Source: Chitinophaga pinensis
GTDB taxonomy: Bacteria > Bacteroidota > Bacteroidia > UKL13-3
Direction of reading: 5' to 3'
Length of the DNA: 64,000 bases
Assembly: GCA_943372215.1 (NCBI GenBank)
Contig: CALRXU020000022.1
Location: 1,975-65,974, forward strand
Part shown: positions 26,646 to 37,035 of the stretch, in pieces
Numbering within the stretch: the first letter of the stretch is position 1
Layout: every line of letters starts with the position of its first letter
Made by a program: the position numbers and the translations under genes
The notes under the pieces: model-generated
The model's database searches: none
What the model was told of the DNA's origin: nothing
The model's input: the letters and a program-made list of their open reading frames with translations, nothing else

Positions 26646-26752
26646 CAATCCAACAACTTCTGCATGTATAAGTAGTATATAATCCGCATTAACTCAAACA
26701 GCCTCAACAAGAAATTATTTTCCCAAAGTTATTTTCTTATTTTCGCCACTTC

Positions 26753-28942
26753 ATGTTTTTTAGGGCCATTTTATTTTCTGTTTTGTTAGCCATTAGCTTG
26801 TCGCCAGTTTTGGCACAAGTGTCGTTTCCCAACACATTACAGGCCCAGCAAACCACTGAAAAAATAACCCTAGATGGACAACTGAACGAACCCGTTTGGC
26901 AAAATGCAGTTAAAATCAGCAACTTCACCCAACGCGAGTTAAACTTTGGAGAGCCCTCAACCGAGCGTACAGAGGTTGCAATAGCTTACAACCGACAATA
27001 CCTTTACATCGCTGTTTGGTGTTATGATACCATGCCAGATAATTTAATAGCCAAAGAGCTGAGGCGCGATTTTAACTACGATATTGACGATAATTTTATT
27101 GTGATTATTGATACCTATAAAGACCAACGCAATGGATTTATGTTTGTTACCAATCCCAATGGAGCAAGGGCCGATTTGCAAGTGTTTAATAATGGAGGCT
27201 CAACCAATGCGTTTTGGAATGGCGTTTGGAATGTTAAAACTACCGTAACATCCAAAGGTTGGTTTGCTGAGTTTGAAATTCCATTTTACACCTTGAAGTA
27301 CCGCACGGGTTTAAGCGACCAAGAGTGGGGCATTAATTTTGAGCGCAACATCAGGCATAAACGGGAGCAAGTTCTTTGGCAGGGGTGGAGCAGAAATAAC
27401 CGCATACAACAAGTCAATCAAGCAGGTGTCCTTGCTGGGTTAAAAGACCTCACCGACAAAAAATTTGTGGAAATTAAGCCTTACGCCATTGGCGGTGGTG
27501 AACGAGTGCAAAGCAATTCAACCAAAAGCGGGTATACTAACAATCCAGTACAAAATGGAGGAGGAGATATCAATTATTTACTTTCGCCCACCTACAGGTT
27601 AAACGTAACAGTTAATACGGATTTTGCGCAGGTAGAAGCAGATCAACAGCAGGTAAACATCACGCGTTTTCCATTGTTTTTTCCTGAGTTGCGGGAGTTC
27701 TTTTTAGAAGGGGAAGATTTTTTTAACATGGGCTTTGGAGGGAATAGGGTTATTCCGTTTTACACCCGTAAAATTGGGTTAGATGAAAATAGGGAACCTG
27801 TGCCAATTCTTGCCGGAGCGCGTTTGTTAGGCAAGGAGAAAAACAGCACACTAGGACTAATGACCTTGCAAACAGGTGATTTGGAAAACTCTAATATAGG
27901 AACCAATTACAGCGCAGCCAGTTGGCGACAGGATGTGGGCAAACAAAGTGTGATGGGGGCGATGCTTACTAACAAATACCTCAACGGAGACTTTTATACC
28001 ACAGCAGGTGTAAATGGCCGATTCAGTACGGCTAAATTTTTTAAAAATAAAAACCTGGATATAGGTGGGGCAATTATTAAAACGTATCGAACAAATGAAG
28101 CTTACCAACCGGAGGCCTTTGCTTATCGAGCGTTTGTTAGTTACCCAAATGATAAGTTTAGCTTGTTTGCTTCCACCCAACGAAGCCCTAAGGAATTTAA
28201 CCCGGAAATTGGCCTTTTGCTGAGGAGTAATTTTATTGAATCTTTTGCCGAGTTTGCTTATAAACCACGCCCTAAAAAAAGATTCAAGTGGATTAGACAG
28301 TTTGAGTTTGCCCCCCTAAGTTTTACCAATGCCCAATATGATGATACCCGCAACTTACAGTCCTTTGAATACCGGATACAGTACTTTGGTTTGGAAACCA
28401 GAAAGGGTGAGCGGTTTACCATGGATTACCGCATTGTAGCAGAAGGACTCATTAATGATTTTAGCATTGGTGAAGGCATTGTTATTCCCAAAGGAGAGTA
28501 TTGGTGGCGGCAGACGGCCACTGAAATTCGCACTTTCAGGGGGCGCACATTGTCTTTAGCGAGCCGTTTGGTATGGGGAGAGTTTTACAAAGGAACCACC
28601 ACACAATTGCGGTCGGAACTTTTTTGGAGAGCAGGTAAATTTTTTAATGTGAATTTACGCTATGAGTTAAACGATATTAACTTGCCGCAAGGAAATTTGA
28701 GAACGGATTTAATAGGCAGTAGGGTCGAATACGCCATCAACCCAAATGTATTTGGTTCTGTACTTAGCCAATGGAACAGTGCGCAGGAGCAAATGAGTTT
28801 TAACTTCAGGTTGCAAATTATACCACGCATAGGAACTGATTTCTTTTTTATTGTGAACCAAATTTACGATACCCAAGGCAATGCATTTACCATGACTAGG
28901 ACCACCATTTTGGGGAAACTCGTATGGCGATTCACCATTTAA
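26753..28942 (+). CDS. Secreted protein with a CBM9-like N-domain and a DUF5916-like region
   Basis: 729-aa ORF with a signal peptide. The ITLDGQLNEPVWQNAVKISNFTQ pattern is typical of this family. Confidence 0.55.
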   Translation: MFFRAILFSVLLAISLSPVLAQVSFPNTLQAQQTTEKITLDGQLNEPVWQNAVKISNFTQRELNFGEPSTERTEVAIAYNRQYLYIAVWCYDTMPDNLIAKELRRDFNYDIDDNFIVIIDTYKDQRNGFMFVTNPNGARADLQVFNNGGSTNAFWNGVWNVKTTVTSKGWFAEFEIPFYTLKYRTGLSDQEWGINFERNIRHKREQVLWQGWSRNNRIQQVNQAGVLAGLKDLTDKKFVEIKPYAIGGGERVQSNSTKSGYTNNPVQNGGGDINYLLSPTYRLNVTVNTDFAQVEADQQQVNITRFPLFFPELREFFLEGEDFFNMGFGGNRVIPFYTRKIGLDENREPVPILAGARLLGKEKNSTLGLMTLQTGDLENSNIGTNYSAASWRQDVGKQSVMGAMLTNKYLNGDFYTTAGVNGRFSTAKFFKNKNLDIGGAIIKTYRTNEAYQPEAFAYRAFVSYPNDKFSLFASTQRSPKEFNPEIGLLLRSNFIESFAEFAYKPRPKKRFKWIRQFEFAPLSFTNAQYDDTRNLQSFEYRIQYFGLETRKGERFTMDYRIVAEGLINDFSIGEGIVIPKGEYWWRQTATEIRTFRGRTLSLASRLVWGEFYKGTTTQLRSELFWRAGKFFNVNLRYELNDINLPQGNLRTDLIGSRVEYAINPNVFGSVLSQWNSAQEQMSFNFRLQIIPRIGTDFFFIVNQIYDTQGNAFTMTRTTILGKLVWRFTI

Positions 28943-31029
28943 TCAATCACCAACATTTTTTTGGTGGCTGTTACACCATCTTCAGTAACCACTATCCAGT
29001 AAACTCCGGTAGTTAATCCATCTAAAGCTAAGGTAATTTGTTGTGTAAAGGTGCCTGTTTGCACCGTTTTGCCTAACAAGTTTATCATGGCATAACTGGC
29101 CTGAATAGGAGACGTTTTAGTTAAAGTAACCTCCCTTTGAGCTGGGTTGGGATACACTTCAAACGATATTCGTTGTATAGTATTACGGTTTAATCCTGTT
29201 GGTGTTTCTGCCCTGCGAATGCAAGCCTTCCAGGTGTTTTTTCTCAAGCCATCTTCAGATGTAACTGTCCAAGTATATTGCATCGGTGCAAGAGCAATTT
29301 TTTTAAGCAATGGGATATTGCTTGTTGCCCCTGACGAAATTTGATAAGAAAGAATGGCCGAATCCGTATTAGACTGAGAGGGAATAACAAAATAAAAAGT
29401 ACGGTTTTCATAGTCTAAAATGGTGCTATCCGCATAGGCAATATCCAATGCTGCAAACCAACTGTCAGCATTGCCCAGCTTCACCCCATTGGCATTTGCC
29501 GCACCTAATGCTAATATCTCAGCATCATTCATTACATAATCACGCGTTTGTAAACAACTTAAATACATATCAGCCGTTTCATTATCATCATCAGAGAAAA
29601 TTAAAAAGCCCTGTGTATTTCCGCTTCTGGAATTGTTCCAAATGGCCCAGCGACTGTCGGTGCTTATTTCACTTGCTCCAATGTAAAAACCATTGATATA
29701 TTTTTTTAGTAATCCAGCTTTACAATCCACCGTGAAGGCAATTCTTGTCCAAAGGTTTGCTGTTATTTTGCCATGATAGTCGCCTGCAATGCCGAGTTGA
29801 CCGCTGCGGTTAATAAACAGTTCCGCATCATTGGCGTTGGTAATGCTGGTTTGAAACAATGAAATCCATTTACCAAATGATGAATCTGGCATCAGAATAT
29901 CCATGATGATGGTAAAACTGCGATCTAAAATTCCATAATCTTCAACCCTAGAATTGTTGTAAACCATTAACCCATTTTCTGGGCGCAAAGCGGGTAATTT
30001 CATCACTACCTTGTCTTCGCCACTTATGTTGGGGATATTAAACGAACTGCATGTGCCAAATACTGGGATCTGATCAGCGGGAGGGTTTACATGATTTAAG
30101 GTACGCAATTGAGAACCTACTCCGGTACTGAATAAATTGCCTTCAAAATGCCAGTTACCTACCGTAGCAGAATCAAAAGGAGTACCCGCAGGTAAGTTAT
30201 TACAAACTTGTTTTTTAGCTTCCCAGGCTCGGTCACTTTCAAGCCCGTCAGCTCCGTTATTCAAGGCTTCTTGTATTTGAGCCGGGTCGTTTAGTGTAAA
30301 AACAATAACCTTTCCCCCAACTTGGTGTACATTTTTGGTAAAGGTGGTCCATCCGCTATCCGCCATCCTACCACTGGATACTTCAAAAGCAAAACATCCC
30401 AGGTTTACACATTGCTGATAGAAGTTAATGTCATTAACATCTATGGGTAAGCGGCCTGCCTGATACCAAATCCAAGGGGTATTGGGCAGTTGTTGCCTGA
30501 AATTAGTAGCATTTTCAATAGTAGCAATAGCTGGTAAAAAACGATTGGGTGCAACACCGCTTGATACCAATGCATTTTTTAATGCAGTAACTGTGTAAGA
30601 TTTTAAATCAAGATATAAATAGGCATCATATTTTTGGGCTACTACTAGGGCTTCGGATAAACTCGGGATTTTAATGCCATTAAAGTGGTTTCCTTTCCAC
30701 GAGCCTGTTTCCCATTGTTTAACCTCAACTAGGTTGTAGTTGCTTAATTTGCCATTCGCGTTTGTGGTTCGGTGTACTGAACTCTCATCATGAAACAATA
30801 CGGCATGTCCATCTTTGGTTAACGAAATATCCACCTCTGCATATTTTACACCCCTTTTAAAAAGTTCTTCTAAGCATAATAAAGAGTTTTCAGGGTAAAC
30901 GGAGGAATAGCCCCGATGCCCGAAGGCCAAAAAGCTGCAAGTGTCAAAATCAACAACAACCTTTGGACACTGAGCCAAGGAATGAGTTGATAAACCTAGA
31001 AGTAAAACGATGTATAAAGCTATGCGCAT
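28939..31029 (-). CDS. Glycerophosphodiester phosphodiesterase-domain protein with a LamG-like middle region and a T9SS C-terminal sorting domain
   Basis: 696-aa ORF with the GDPD motifs FGHRGYSSVYPENS and EVDISLTKDGHAVLFHD. The C-terminus VYPNPAQREVTL...GVYWIVVTEDGVTATKKMLV is a T9SS CTD pattern. Confidence 0.8.
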   Translation of the reverse strand: MRIALYIVLLLGLSTHSLAQCPKVVVDFDTCSFLAFGHRGYSSVYPENSLLCLEELFKRGVKYAEVDISLTKDGHAVLFHDESSVHRTTNANGKLSNYNLVEVKQWETGSWKGNHFNGIKIPSLSEALVVAQKYDAYLYLDLKSYTVTALKNALVSSGVAPNRFLPAIATIENATNFRQQLPNTPWIWYQAGRLPIDVNDINFYQQCVNLGCFAFEVSSGRMADSGWTTFTKNVHQVGGKVIVFTLNDPAQIQEALNNGADGLESDRAWEAKKQVCNNLPAGTPFDSATVGNWHFEGNLFSTGVGSQLRTLNHVNPPADQIPVFGTCSSFNIPNISGEDKVVMKLPALRPENGLMVYNNSRVEDYGILDRSFTIIMDILMPDSSFGKWISLFQTSITNANDAELFINRSGQLGIAGDYHGKITANLWTRIAFTVDCKAGLLKKYINGFYIGASEISTDSRWAIWNNSRSGNTQGFLIFSDDDNETADMYLSCLQTRDYVMNDAEILALGAANANGVKLGNADSWFAALDIAYADSTILDYENRTFYFVIPSQSNTDSAILSYQISSGATSNIPLLKKIALAPMQYTWTVTSEDGLRKNTWKACIRRAETPTGLNRNTIQRISFEVYPNPAQREVTLTKTSPIQASYAMINLLGKTVQTGTFTQQITLALDGLTTGVYWIVVTEDGVTATKKMLVID

Positions 31030-31152
31030 AGTTAATTTCAGTATCCCGCAAAAGTAAGAATAATGTTAAAACTTACCCTAACAGCATTCAAAATCGGTTT
31101 AGCTTTGTTTTATAAGCTTTAGTTTATAGCTGCAAAGATTTACATTTGTCGG

Positions 31153-31929
31153 ATGAACAACAATAGGCCGCTTATTCTAGTAAGCAACGATGATGGCATT
31201 ACAGCTCCAGGAATTAGAAGTTTGGTGGATGCTATAAAACACTTGGGAGAGGTGGTGATAGTGGCCCCGGATAGTCCGCAGAGCGCTATGGGGCATGCTG
31301 TTACCATTAGCAAACCGTTGCGTTTAGATAAAACAGATATTTACGGAGACATATTGGCTTACCAGTGCAGCGGCACTCCAGCTGACTGTGTAAAGTTAGC
31401 CGTTGACAAAGTATTGCATCGCAAACCTGACTTAATGGTTTCAGGCATTAATCATGGTAGCAATTCCAGTATTAATATTTTATACAGTGGCACCATGAGT
31501 GCTGCTATGGAAGCTGCCATTGAAGGCATACCTGCAGTTGGATTTAGTTTGTGCGATTTTGCTTATGATGCCGACTTTAGTTTGGCCAAAAAAATTGCCA
31601 CCCGCATAGCAGGAAATATCCTTAGCAATGGATTGCCTGCCGCCACTTTGCTCAACGTAAACATTCCCAAAGTGAGTGAAGCTGATTTTATGGGAGTTCG
31701 CGTTTGCAGGCAGGCAGTGGCTAAGTGGAAGGAAGAGTTTGACGAGCGTTTAGACCCCAATGGAAGAAAATATTTTTGGCTTACTGGTAAATTTGTAAAC
31801 AACGATAAAGGTGATGATACCGATGAATGGGCGCTGGCCAATAACTATGCAAGTGTTGTCCCAGTTCAATTTGACCTAACAGCTCATTACGCCATGCCCA
31901 GTTTAAACAGTTGGGAATATACGATTTAA
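31153..31929 (+). CDS. surE: 5'/3'-nucleotidase SurE
   Basis: 258-aa ORF with ILVSNDDGITAPGI, SGINHGSN and YSGTMSAAMEA. Confidence 0.95.
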   Translation: MNNNRPLILVSNDDGITAPGIRSLVDAIKHLGEVVIVAPDSPQSAMGHAVTISKPLRLDKTDIYGDILAYQCSGTPADCVKLAVDKVLHRKPDLMVSGINHGSNSSINILYSGTMSAAMEAAIEGIPAVGFSLCDFAYDADFSLAKKIATRIAGNILSNGLPAATLLNVNIPKVSEADFMGVRVCRQAVAKWKEEFDERLDPNGRKYFWLTGKFVNNDKGDDTDEWALANNYASVVPVQFDLTAHYAMPSLNSWEYTI

Positions 31930-32004
31930 ACCATTTTTTAGTTATTAAATAGCCTACACTAGTATTTGTGTTTGGCAATTGTTTAGTAAATCTTAATCAA
32001 TACA

Positions 32005-32295
32005 ATGAAATTAAAAGACCATATTTTATTAGGCATTCCAGCCGGTCTGATTGGGCCGATTTTAGGGATATTGGGTTTTTATTTTTACAAATTCAACCAA
32101 TCCCCCTTCATGGATTTTTTTAGCATGGCCTCAGAAAAGAACTTGCTGTCGCCATTACTTAGCTTATGCGCCATTATTAACTTAGGCATTTTTTACCTGT
32201 TTATTCAGGCGAACTATTTGTACTCCGCCCGTGGTGTAATACTCTCCACATTTGTATATGGGTTAATTATTATTGTAATGAGGTTTTTGAGTTGA
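32005..32295 (+). CDS. Small membrane protein of unknown function
   Basis: 96-aa ORF with 3 predicted TM segments. Confidence 0.45.
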   Translation: MKLKDHILLGIPAGLIGPILGILGFYFYKFNQSPFMDFFSMASEKNLLSPLLSLCAIINLGIFYLFIQANYLYSARGVILSTFVYGLIIIVMRFLS

Positions 32296-32402
32296 GGGAG
32301 GGCAGCCCTTATGGTGCTTTAGCTTCGCTACCGCTCGAAACGAAGTTCAGCGCGGAGCTAATCTTTCGAGTGGTGTAATGTAAAAGAAACTATACCTGTG
32401 CT

Positions 32403-32432
32403 TGCCTACCGCAGATAGGGTGGGCATTTTTT
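32403..32432 (+). terminator. Possible rho-independent terminator
   Basis: TGCCTACC / loop / GGTGGGCA (8 bp including one G-U) followed by TTTTTT. Confidence 0.4.
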
Positions 32433-32476
32433 GTGCATTAAGAGGTTATTTTAAGGTTAGGCAATGAAATGTAGAG

Positions 32477-32665
32477 TTAGCGATAAAAACCATGTCTAAT
32501 AGTTCCTAAAAGGAAAACGATTGCAACGTAGATTATAATATTAATAGTTTCATTTGTTAAGATGGTAATAAGATATATTAACATTAATAAAACCATTACA
32601 GTTATCATAATAATACAAACCTTATATTTTTCAAAATCAATCACATTATTTAGTTGGCAGTCCAA
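32477..32665 (-). CDS. Doubtful small hydrophobic ORF in a very AT-rich patch
   Basis: 62-aa track ORF with a TTG start. An internal ATG would give the 43-aa two-TM peptide MITVMVLLMLIYLITIL...IIIYVAIVFLLG. No recognisable family. Confidence 0.2.
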   Translation of the reverse strand: MDCQLNNVIDFEKYKVCIIMITVMVLLMLIYLITILTNETINIIIYVAIVFLLGTIRHGFYR

Positions 32666-32796
32666 GGTCTTTTAGCTTTAGTAGATTTGGTTAGCCCGTT
32701 ATTATGTTGTGTCAACCGCTCAGCTAAATCGGTGGTATACCCAATGTAGAAGGAGTCAAATTGTTGAGAATACAATATGTAGGTAAAATGGCTCAA
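32650..32796 (-). pseudogene. Truncated GIY-YIG nuclease family gene (N-terminal 48 codons only)
   Basis: Hand translation gives (TTG)SHFTYILYSQQFDSFYIGYTTDLAERLTQHNNGLTKSTKAKRPWTAN*. The GIY...YIG and RL..HN motifs are present. The usual C-terminal half is missing and is replaced by AT-rich DNA. Confidence 0.65.
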
Positions 32797-32836
32797 TTAA
32801 ACACATAAAAAAAGCCACTCAAATGAGTGGCTTTTG

Positions 32837-32910
32837 CGGTGCGGACGGGACTCGAACCCGCGACCCCGTGCGTGACAGGCACGTATTCTAACCAACTGAA
32901 CTACCACACC
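32837..32910 (-). tRNA. tRNA-Asp (anticodon GTC)
   Basis: GGTGTGGTAGTTCAGTTGGTTAGAATACGTGCCTGTCACGCACGGGGTCGCGGGTTCGAGTCCCGTCCGCACCG. The cloverleaf folds with a 7-bp acceptor stem, anticodon loop CTGTCAC and a GGTTCGAGTCC T-arm. CCA is not encoded. Confidence 0.95.
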
Positions 32911-33181
32911 GTCTTCCTGTAAAGAAACTTATTGATACCCTAAAGTATCCCGTTTTTTATTTAGGAGACTGCAAATGTAAGGTAAAAAATTATTTTGTCA
33001 ATGGTTGAAGTGAAAAAAAACGCAAAGAGTTGCTAATGCCTTGTTAACCTGTAATTATGAATTTGCAATTCAAGTCATAGAAATGGTATAAGCCATGTTT
33101 TTGATGCAGGCAAGAACATCCAATGCTTATGTTCACTTTTTTTAGGGAAACTTTATTACTTTGCACCCTTTATTTAAACAT

Positions 33182-34135
33182 ATGCCATACTTTGATTTTG
33201 AGAAACCAATTGAAGAACTTGAACTTCAATTAGAGAACATAAAAAAAACGGCCGATAAGAATAAATTAGACCTTAGCGCATCAATAGTAGAGTTACAAGA
33301 TAAAATTGCTCATACCAAAGCGGATATTTACGCCAACATGAATGGTTGGCAAAGGGTGCAAATTTCTCGCCATGCAGAGCGCCCTTATACCCTTGATTAT
33401 ATCGAGCATGTGTTTACAGATTTTATTGAAATGCACGGAGATAGAAATGTAAAAGATGATAAAGCTATGGTAGGGGGATTAGCCCGTTTGGGGGAGCAAA
33501 GTGTTATGGTTATTGGCCATCAGAAGGGAAGAAACACCAAACAACGCCAAATGCGTAATTTTGGCATGGCCAATCCAGAGGGTTACCGTAAGGCATTGCG
33601 ATTAATGAGGTTAGCCGAAAAGTTTAATATTCCAATCATCACTTTAATAGACACACCAGGCGCTTCTCCAGGTCTTGAAGCAGAAGAACGCGGACAAGGA
33701 GAAGCCATTGCCAAAAACCTGTTGGAGATGAGCGTATTAAAAGTACCTGTAATTTGTATTGTAATTGGAGAAGGAGCAAGTGGGGGAGCCTTGGGAATTG
33801 GTGTAGGTGATCGCGTGATTATGTTAGAAAACACTTGGTATTCAGTAATTTCTCCTGAGTCATGTTCGTCAATACTATGGCGCAGTTGGGAGCATAAGGA
33901 AAAAGCGGCAGAAGCCTTAAAGCTTACTGCCAATGATATGTTAAAAAATGGGTTGATTGATGGGATAATTCCAGAGCCATTGGGTGGTGCGCATCATAAC
34001 GTAGGTGAAATGTATGCCCACGTTAAAAGCTACATAGAACAAACCATCAAAGAATTACAGTTACTATCTGTTCCAGAGCTTATTGAACAACGCATAAACA
34101 AATTCAGTAAAATGGGTGCTTATACAGAAGACTAA
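33182..34135 (+). CDS. accA: Acetyl-CoA carboxylase carboxyltransferase subunit alpha
   Basis: Carries FEKPIEELE..., RPYTLDYI, the [21 protein letters not shown] motif and [10 protein letters not shown]. The start was set to ATG 33182. Confidence 0.95.
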   Translation: MPYFDFEKPIEELELQLENIKKTADKNKLDLSASIVELQDKIAHTKADIYANMNGWQRVQISRHAERPYTLDYIEHVFTDFIEMHGDRNVKDDKAMVGGLARLGEQSVMVIGHQKGRNTKQRQMRNFGMANPEGYRKALRLMRLAEKFNIPIITLIDTPGASPGLEAEERGQGEAIAKNLLEMSVLKVPVICIVIGEGASGGALGIGVGDRVIMLENTWYSVISPESCSSILWRSWEHKEKAAEALKLTANDMLKNGLIDGIIPEPLGGAHHNVGEMYAHVKSYIEQTIKELQLLSVPELIEQRINKFSKMGAYTED

Positions 34136-34250
34136 AGTTTAAAAATAGCACATCCCATTGCAGAATTATTTGCAATAGGTAAATCAAAAGTTATATTTGC
34201 ACCTCTTTAATGAAAAAACAGCTGGTATAAGGCACAGCTTTTTGTTTTAA

Positions 34251-34327
<77 letters not shown>

Positions 34328-34349
34328 AAGCACCTTCGGGTGCTTTTTT
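34328..34349 (+). terminator. Rho-independent terminator after tRNA-Ala
   Basis: AAGCACC-TTCG-GGTGCTT followed by a T-run. Confidence 0.75.
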
Positions 34350-34486
34350 AGTAATTGATTGGTTAAACTTGTTTGTACAAGTATGGAAAAGCTAATTTGA
34401 ATAGGCTTACAAGTTTGTTTTAAATACAACTTGCAATGCCACATGAAAGAGATGGGCCTCTCGCTTATCCTTGGTAAAATTAAAAG

Positions 34487-35932
34487 ATGAGTACACACAA
34501 AAAAAATGTGTTTTATAACTTATTACTTACCCTAAGTAATATACTCTTTCCTATCGTTACATTTCCATATGTTTCAAGAGTTTTAGGGCCAGAAGGTATT
34601 GGTAAGGCACAATTTGTAGTAACATTTGCACAGTACTTCACACTCATTGCGGCTTTGGGCATTCCTCTCTATGGTATTCGGGAGGTGGCCAAAGTAAAAG
34701 CCGATAAAAAGCAGCTCAGCCAATTGGTAATGGAGTTGCTTACCATTAATTTTATAACAACACTCATTTTATCAACATGCTATATTGCCGTGGTGTTGTT
34801 TATTCCAAAATTCAACGAGCACCTGCTCCTGTATGCTATTGGGTTGGGGTTGTTATTGCTTGGTTTTACCTCTATAGATTGGTTTTATACGGGCACGGAA
34901 AAGTTTAAGTTTGTTGCTTTACGTTCAGTCATCATCAAAGCACTATCAATGATACTGCTTTTTGTATTTGTAAAACACGCAGAGGATGTTCCTGCCTATT
35001 TAGGAATTACCGTTTTTTCAATGGTGGCTAACAACGTTTGGAATATGCTCAGCTTAAGAAAAGAAATTACAATTCACTCCATTTCATTACAACTAAAAAA
35101 GCATATTGTTCCCTTACTTACCATATTTAGCACTACACTATCCATTAGCATATATACGGTTATGGATACCCTATTATTGGGGCTTTTGGCTAATGATACT
35201 TCAGTGGGATTGTATACCGCAGCAGTGAAGTTAAATCGGGTGTGTTTGCCATTTATTGTGGCTTATGGCACTGTAATTATGCCCCAAATTGTACAATCAC
35301 TCCACCAACAACAGCTTGAAAAAGCAAACCAACATATTAACCAGTCATTTGCCTACGTTGTATTCATTGGCGTTCCCATATCATTAGGGTTATTTTTATT
35401 TGCAAAAGAGTTTATCCTGCTATTTTCAGGAAATGCTTTTATCCCAGCCACCACCACTATGCAAATTATGTGCGTGTTACCTTTGCTTATTGGATTAAAC
35501 AACATATTTGGAACGCAAATTCTTACCAGTGCAGGTCAGGATAAAAGCCTGTTTATTTCAGTTACCGCAGGCATGCTAATCAGTTTGACCTTTAACTTGG
35601 TAGCTATTCCGTTTTTACAAGAGAAAGGAGCCGCCCTAGCTACCTTGGTGGCTGAAATTGCTGTTACTGCGCTCACTTATTATTTTGTAAGGAAGAAACT
35701 AAACATTGTAATAAATTTCAGGTTGCTGGCGCAGGCATTTGTAGCAAGCATTATATTTGTACCTATTGCCTATATATTGCAACAAACAAACTTAAGTTCA
35801 TTTTACATACTCATCCTTGGTGTACCACTTTGTTTCAGTTTATACATTGGGCTGCAGTTGTGGGTACTAAAAAATAAACTCATTCAAAAAATATATAACG
35901 ATTTACTCAAGAGAACGCATGAAACAATATGA
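34487..35932 (+). CDS. Oligosaccharide flippase (Wzx / MOP superfamily)
   Basis: 481-aa protein with about 12-14 TM segments. The N-terminus NLLLTLSNILFPIVTFPYVSRVLGPEGIGK is typical of polysaccharide flippases. Confidence 0.8.
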   Translation: MSTHKKNVFYNLLLTLSNILFPIVTFPYVSRVLGPEGIGKAQFVVTFAQYFTLIAALGIPLYGIREVAKVKADKKQLSQLVMELLTINFITTLILSTCYIAVVLFIPKFNEHLLLYAIGLGLLLLGFTSIDWFYTGTEKFKFVALRSVIIKALSMILLFVFVKHAEDVPAYLGITVFSMVANNVWNMLSLRKEITIHSISLQLKKHIVPLLTIFSTTLSISIYTVMDTLLLGLLANDTSVGLYTAAVKLNRVCLPFIVAYGTVIMPQIVQSLHQQQLEKANQHINQSFAYVVFIGVPISLGLFLFAKEFILLFSGNAFIPATTTMQIMCVLPLLIGLNNIFGTQILTSAGQDKSLFISVTAGMLISLTFNLVAIPFLQEKGAALATLVAEIAVTALTYYFVRKKLNIVINFRLLAQAFVASIIFVPIAYILQQTNLSSFYILILGVPLCFSLYIGLQLWVLKNKLIQKIYNDLLKRTHETI

Positions 35933-37022
35933 CTTTATCATCATCGGCTCAGGACTATTTGGGGCTGTTTTTGCAAGAGAAGCAACCCGCAAAGGTAAAA
36001 AGTGCTTGGTTATTGATAAAAGAAACCATGCAGGTGGAAATGTCTATTGTGAAAATATAGAAGGCATTAATGTGCATCGTTATGGTGCACACATCTTTCA
36101 TACCAACGATAAGGAAATTTGGGATTATGTAAACTCTTTTGTAGAGTTTAACCGCTATACCAATTCTCCCATTGCCTGTTATCAAAATGAATTGTATAAC
36201 CTCCCTTTTAACATGAATACCTTTTATCAGTTATGGGGAACGAAAACGCCTAAGGAGGCGCAACAAAAAATCAAAGACCAAATTGCACACCTCAATATTA
36301 CCACCCCACAAAATTTAGAAGAACAAGCCTTATCTCTAGTGGGTACTGATATTTATGAAAAATTGATAAAGGGGTATACTGAAAAACAATGGGGACGCAG
36401 CGCGAAGGAGCTTCCGGCCTTTATCATCAAACGCTTACCGGTAAGGTTTACATATGATAATAATTATTTCAACGATAAATACCAAGGCATTCCAATTGGT
36501 GGCTACAATAAACTGATTGATGGGTTGCTAGATGGTATTGAAGTGCGTTTAAATGTTGATTATTTTAAAGATAGGGAGTACTTTAATGGCTTGGCTGAAA
36601 AGGTAGTGTTTACAGGTAAAATAGACGAGTATTATGGGTTTCAATATGGAGAGTTGGAATACCGCAGTTTGCGGTTTGAGGATGAACTGCATGAACAACA
36701 AAACTATCAAGGAAACGCTGTGGTTAATTATACTGACAGAGAAGTACCTTATACCAGAATCATTGAACATAAGCACTTTGAGTTTGGCACCCAACCCAAA
36801 ACCATCATTACCAAAGAATACTCTTTAGAATGGAGCAAAGGGATGGAGCCTTATTATCCGGTAAATGACCAAAGAAATTCAGAGATGTTTAAAAAGTACA
36901 AAACACTGGCAGAACAAGAAGAAAAAGTGATATTTGGAGGCCGTTTAGCTGAATACATTTATTATGATATGCATCAAGTGATTGGTTCGGCTTTAGTTAG
37001 CGTAAAAAGGAATATACAATAA
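35919..37022 (+). CDS. glf: UDP-galactopyranose mutase
   Basis: 367-aa ORF with YDFIIIGSGLFGAVFA (FAD fold), HRYGAHIFHTN, and GRLAEYIYYDMHQVI at the C-terminus. Confidence 0.95.
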   Translation: MKQYDFIIIGSGLFGAVFAREATRKGKKCLVIDKRNHAGGNVYCENIEGINVHRYGAHIFHTNDKEIWDYVNSFVEFNRYTNSPIACYQNELYNLPFNMNTFYQLWGTKTPKEAQQKIKDQIAHLNITTPQNLEEQALSLVGTDIYEKLIKGYTEKQWGRSAKELPAFIIKRLPVRFTYDNNYFNDKYQGIPIGGYNKLIDGLLDGIEVRLNVDYFKDREYFNGLAEKVVFTGKIDEYYGFQYGELEYRSLRFEDELHEQQNYQGNAVVNYTDREVPYTRIIEHKHFEFGTQPKTIITKEYSLEWSKGMEPYYPVNDQRNSEMFKKYKTLAEQEEKVIFGGRLAEYIYYDMHQVIGSALVSVKRNIQ

Positions 37023-37035
37023 GCAACTTTCACTT

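Noticed and set aside
32330-32374. 11-bp-stem hairpin (ACCGCTCGAAA ... TTTCGAGTGGT, one G-U pair) 35 nt after the stop of the small membrane-protein gene. Possible small RNA or riboregulator.
   Set aside because: It has no following T-run and no recognisable riboswitch core. It is a single occurrence, so there is not enough to call an RNA gene.
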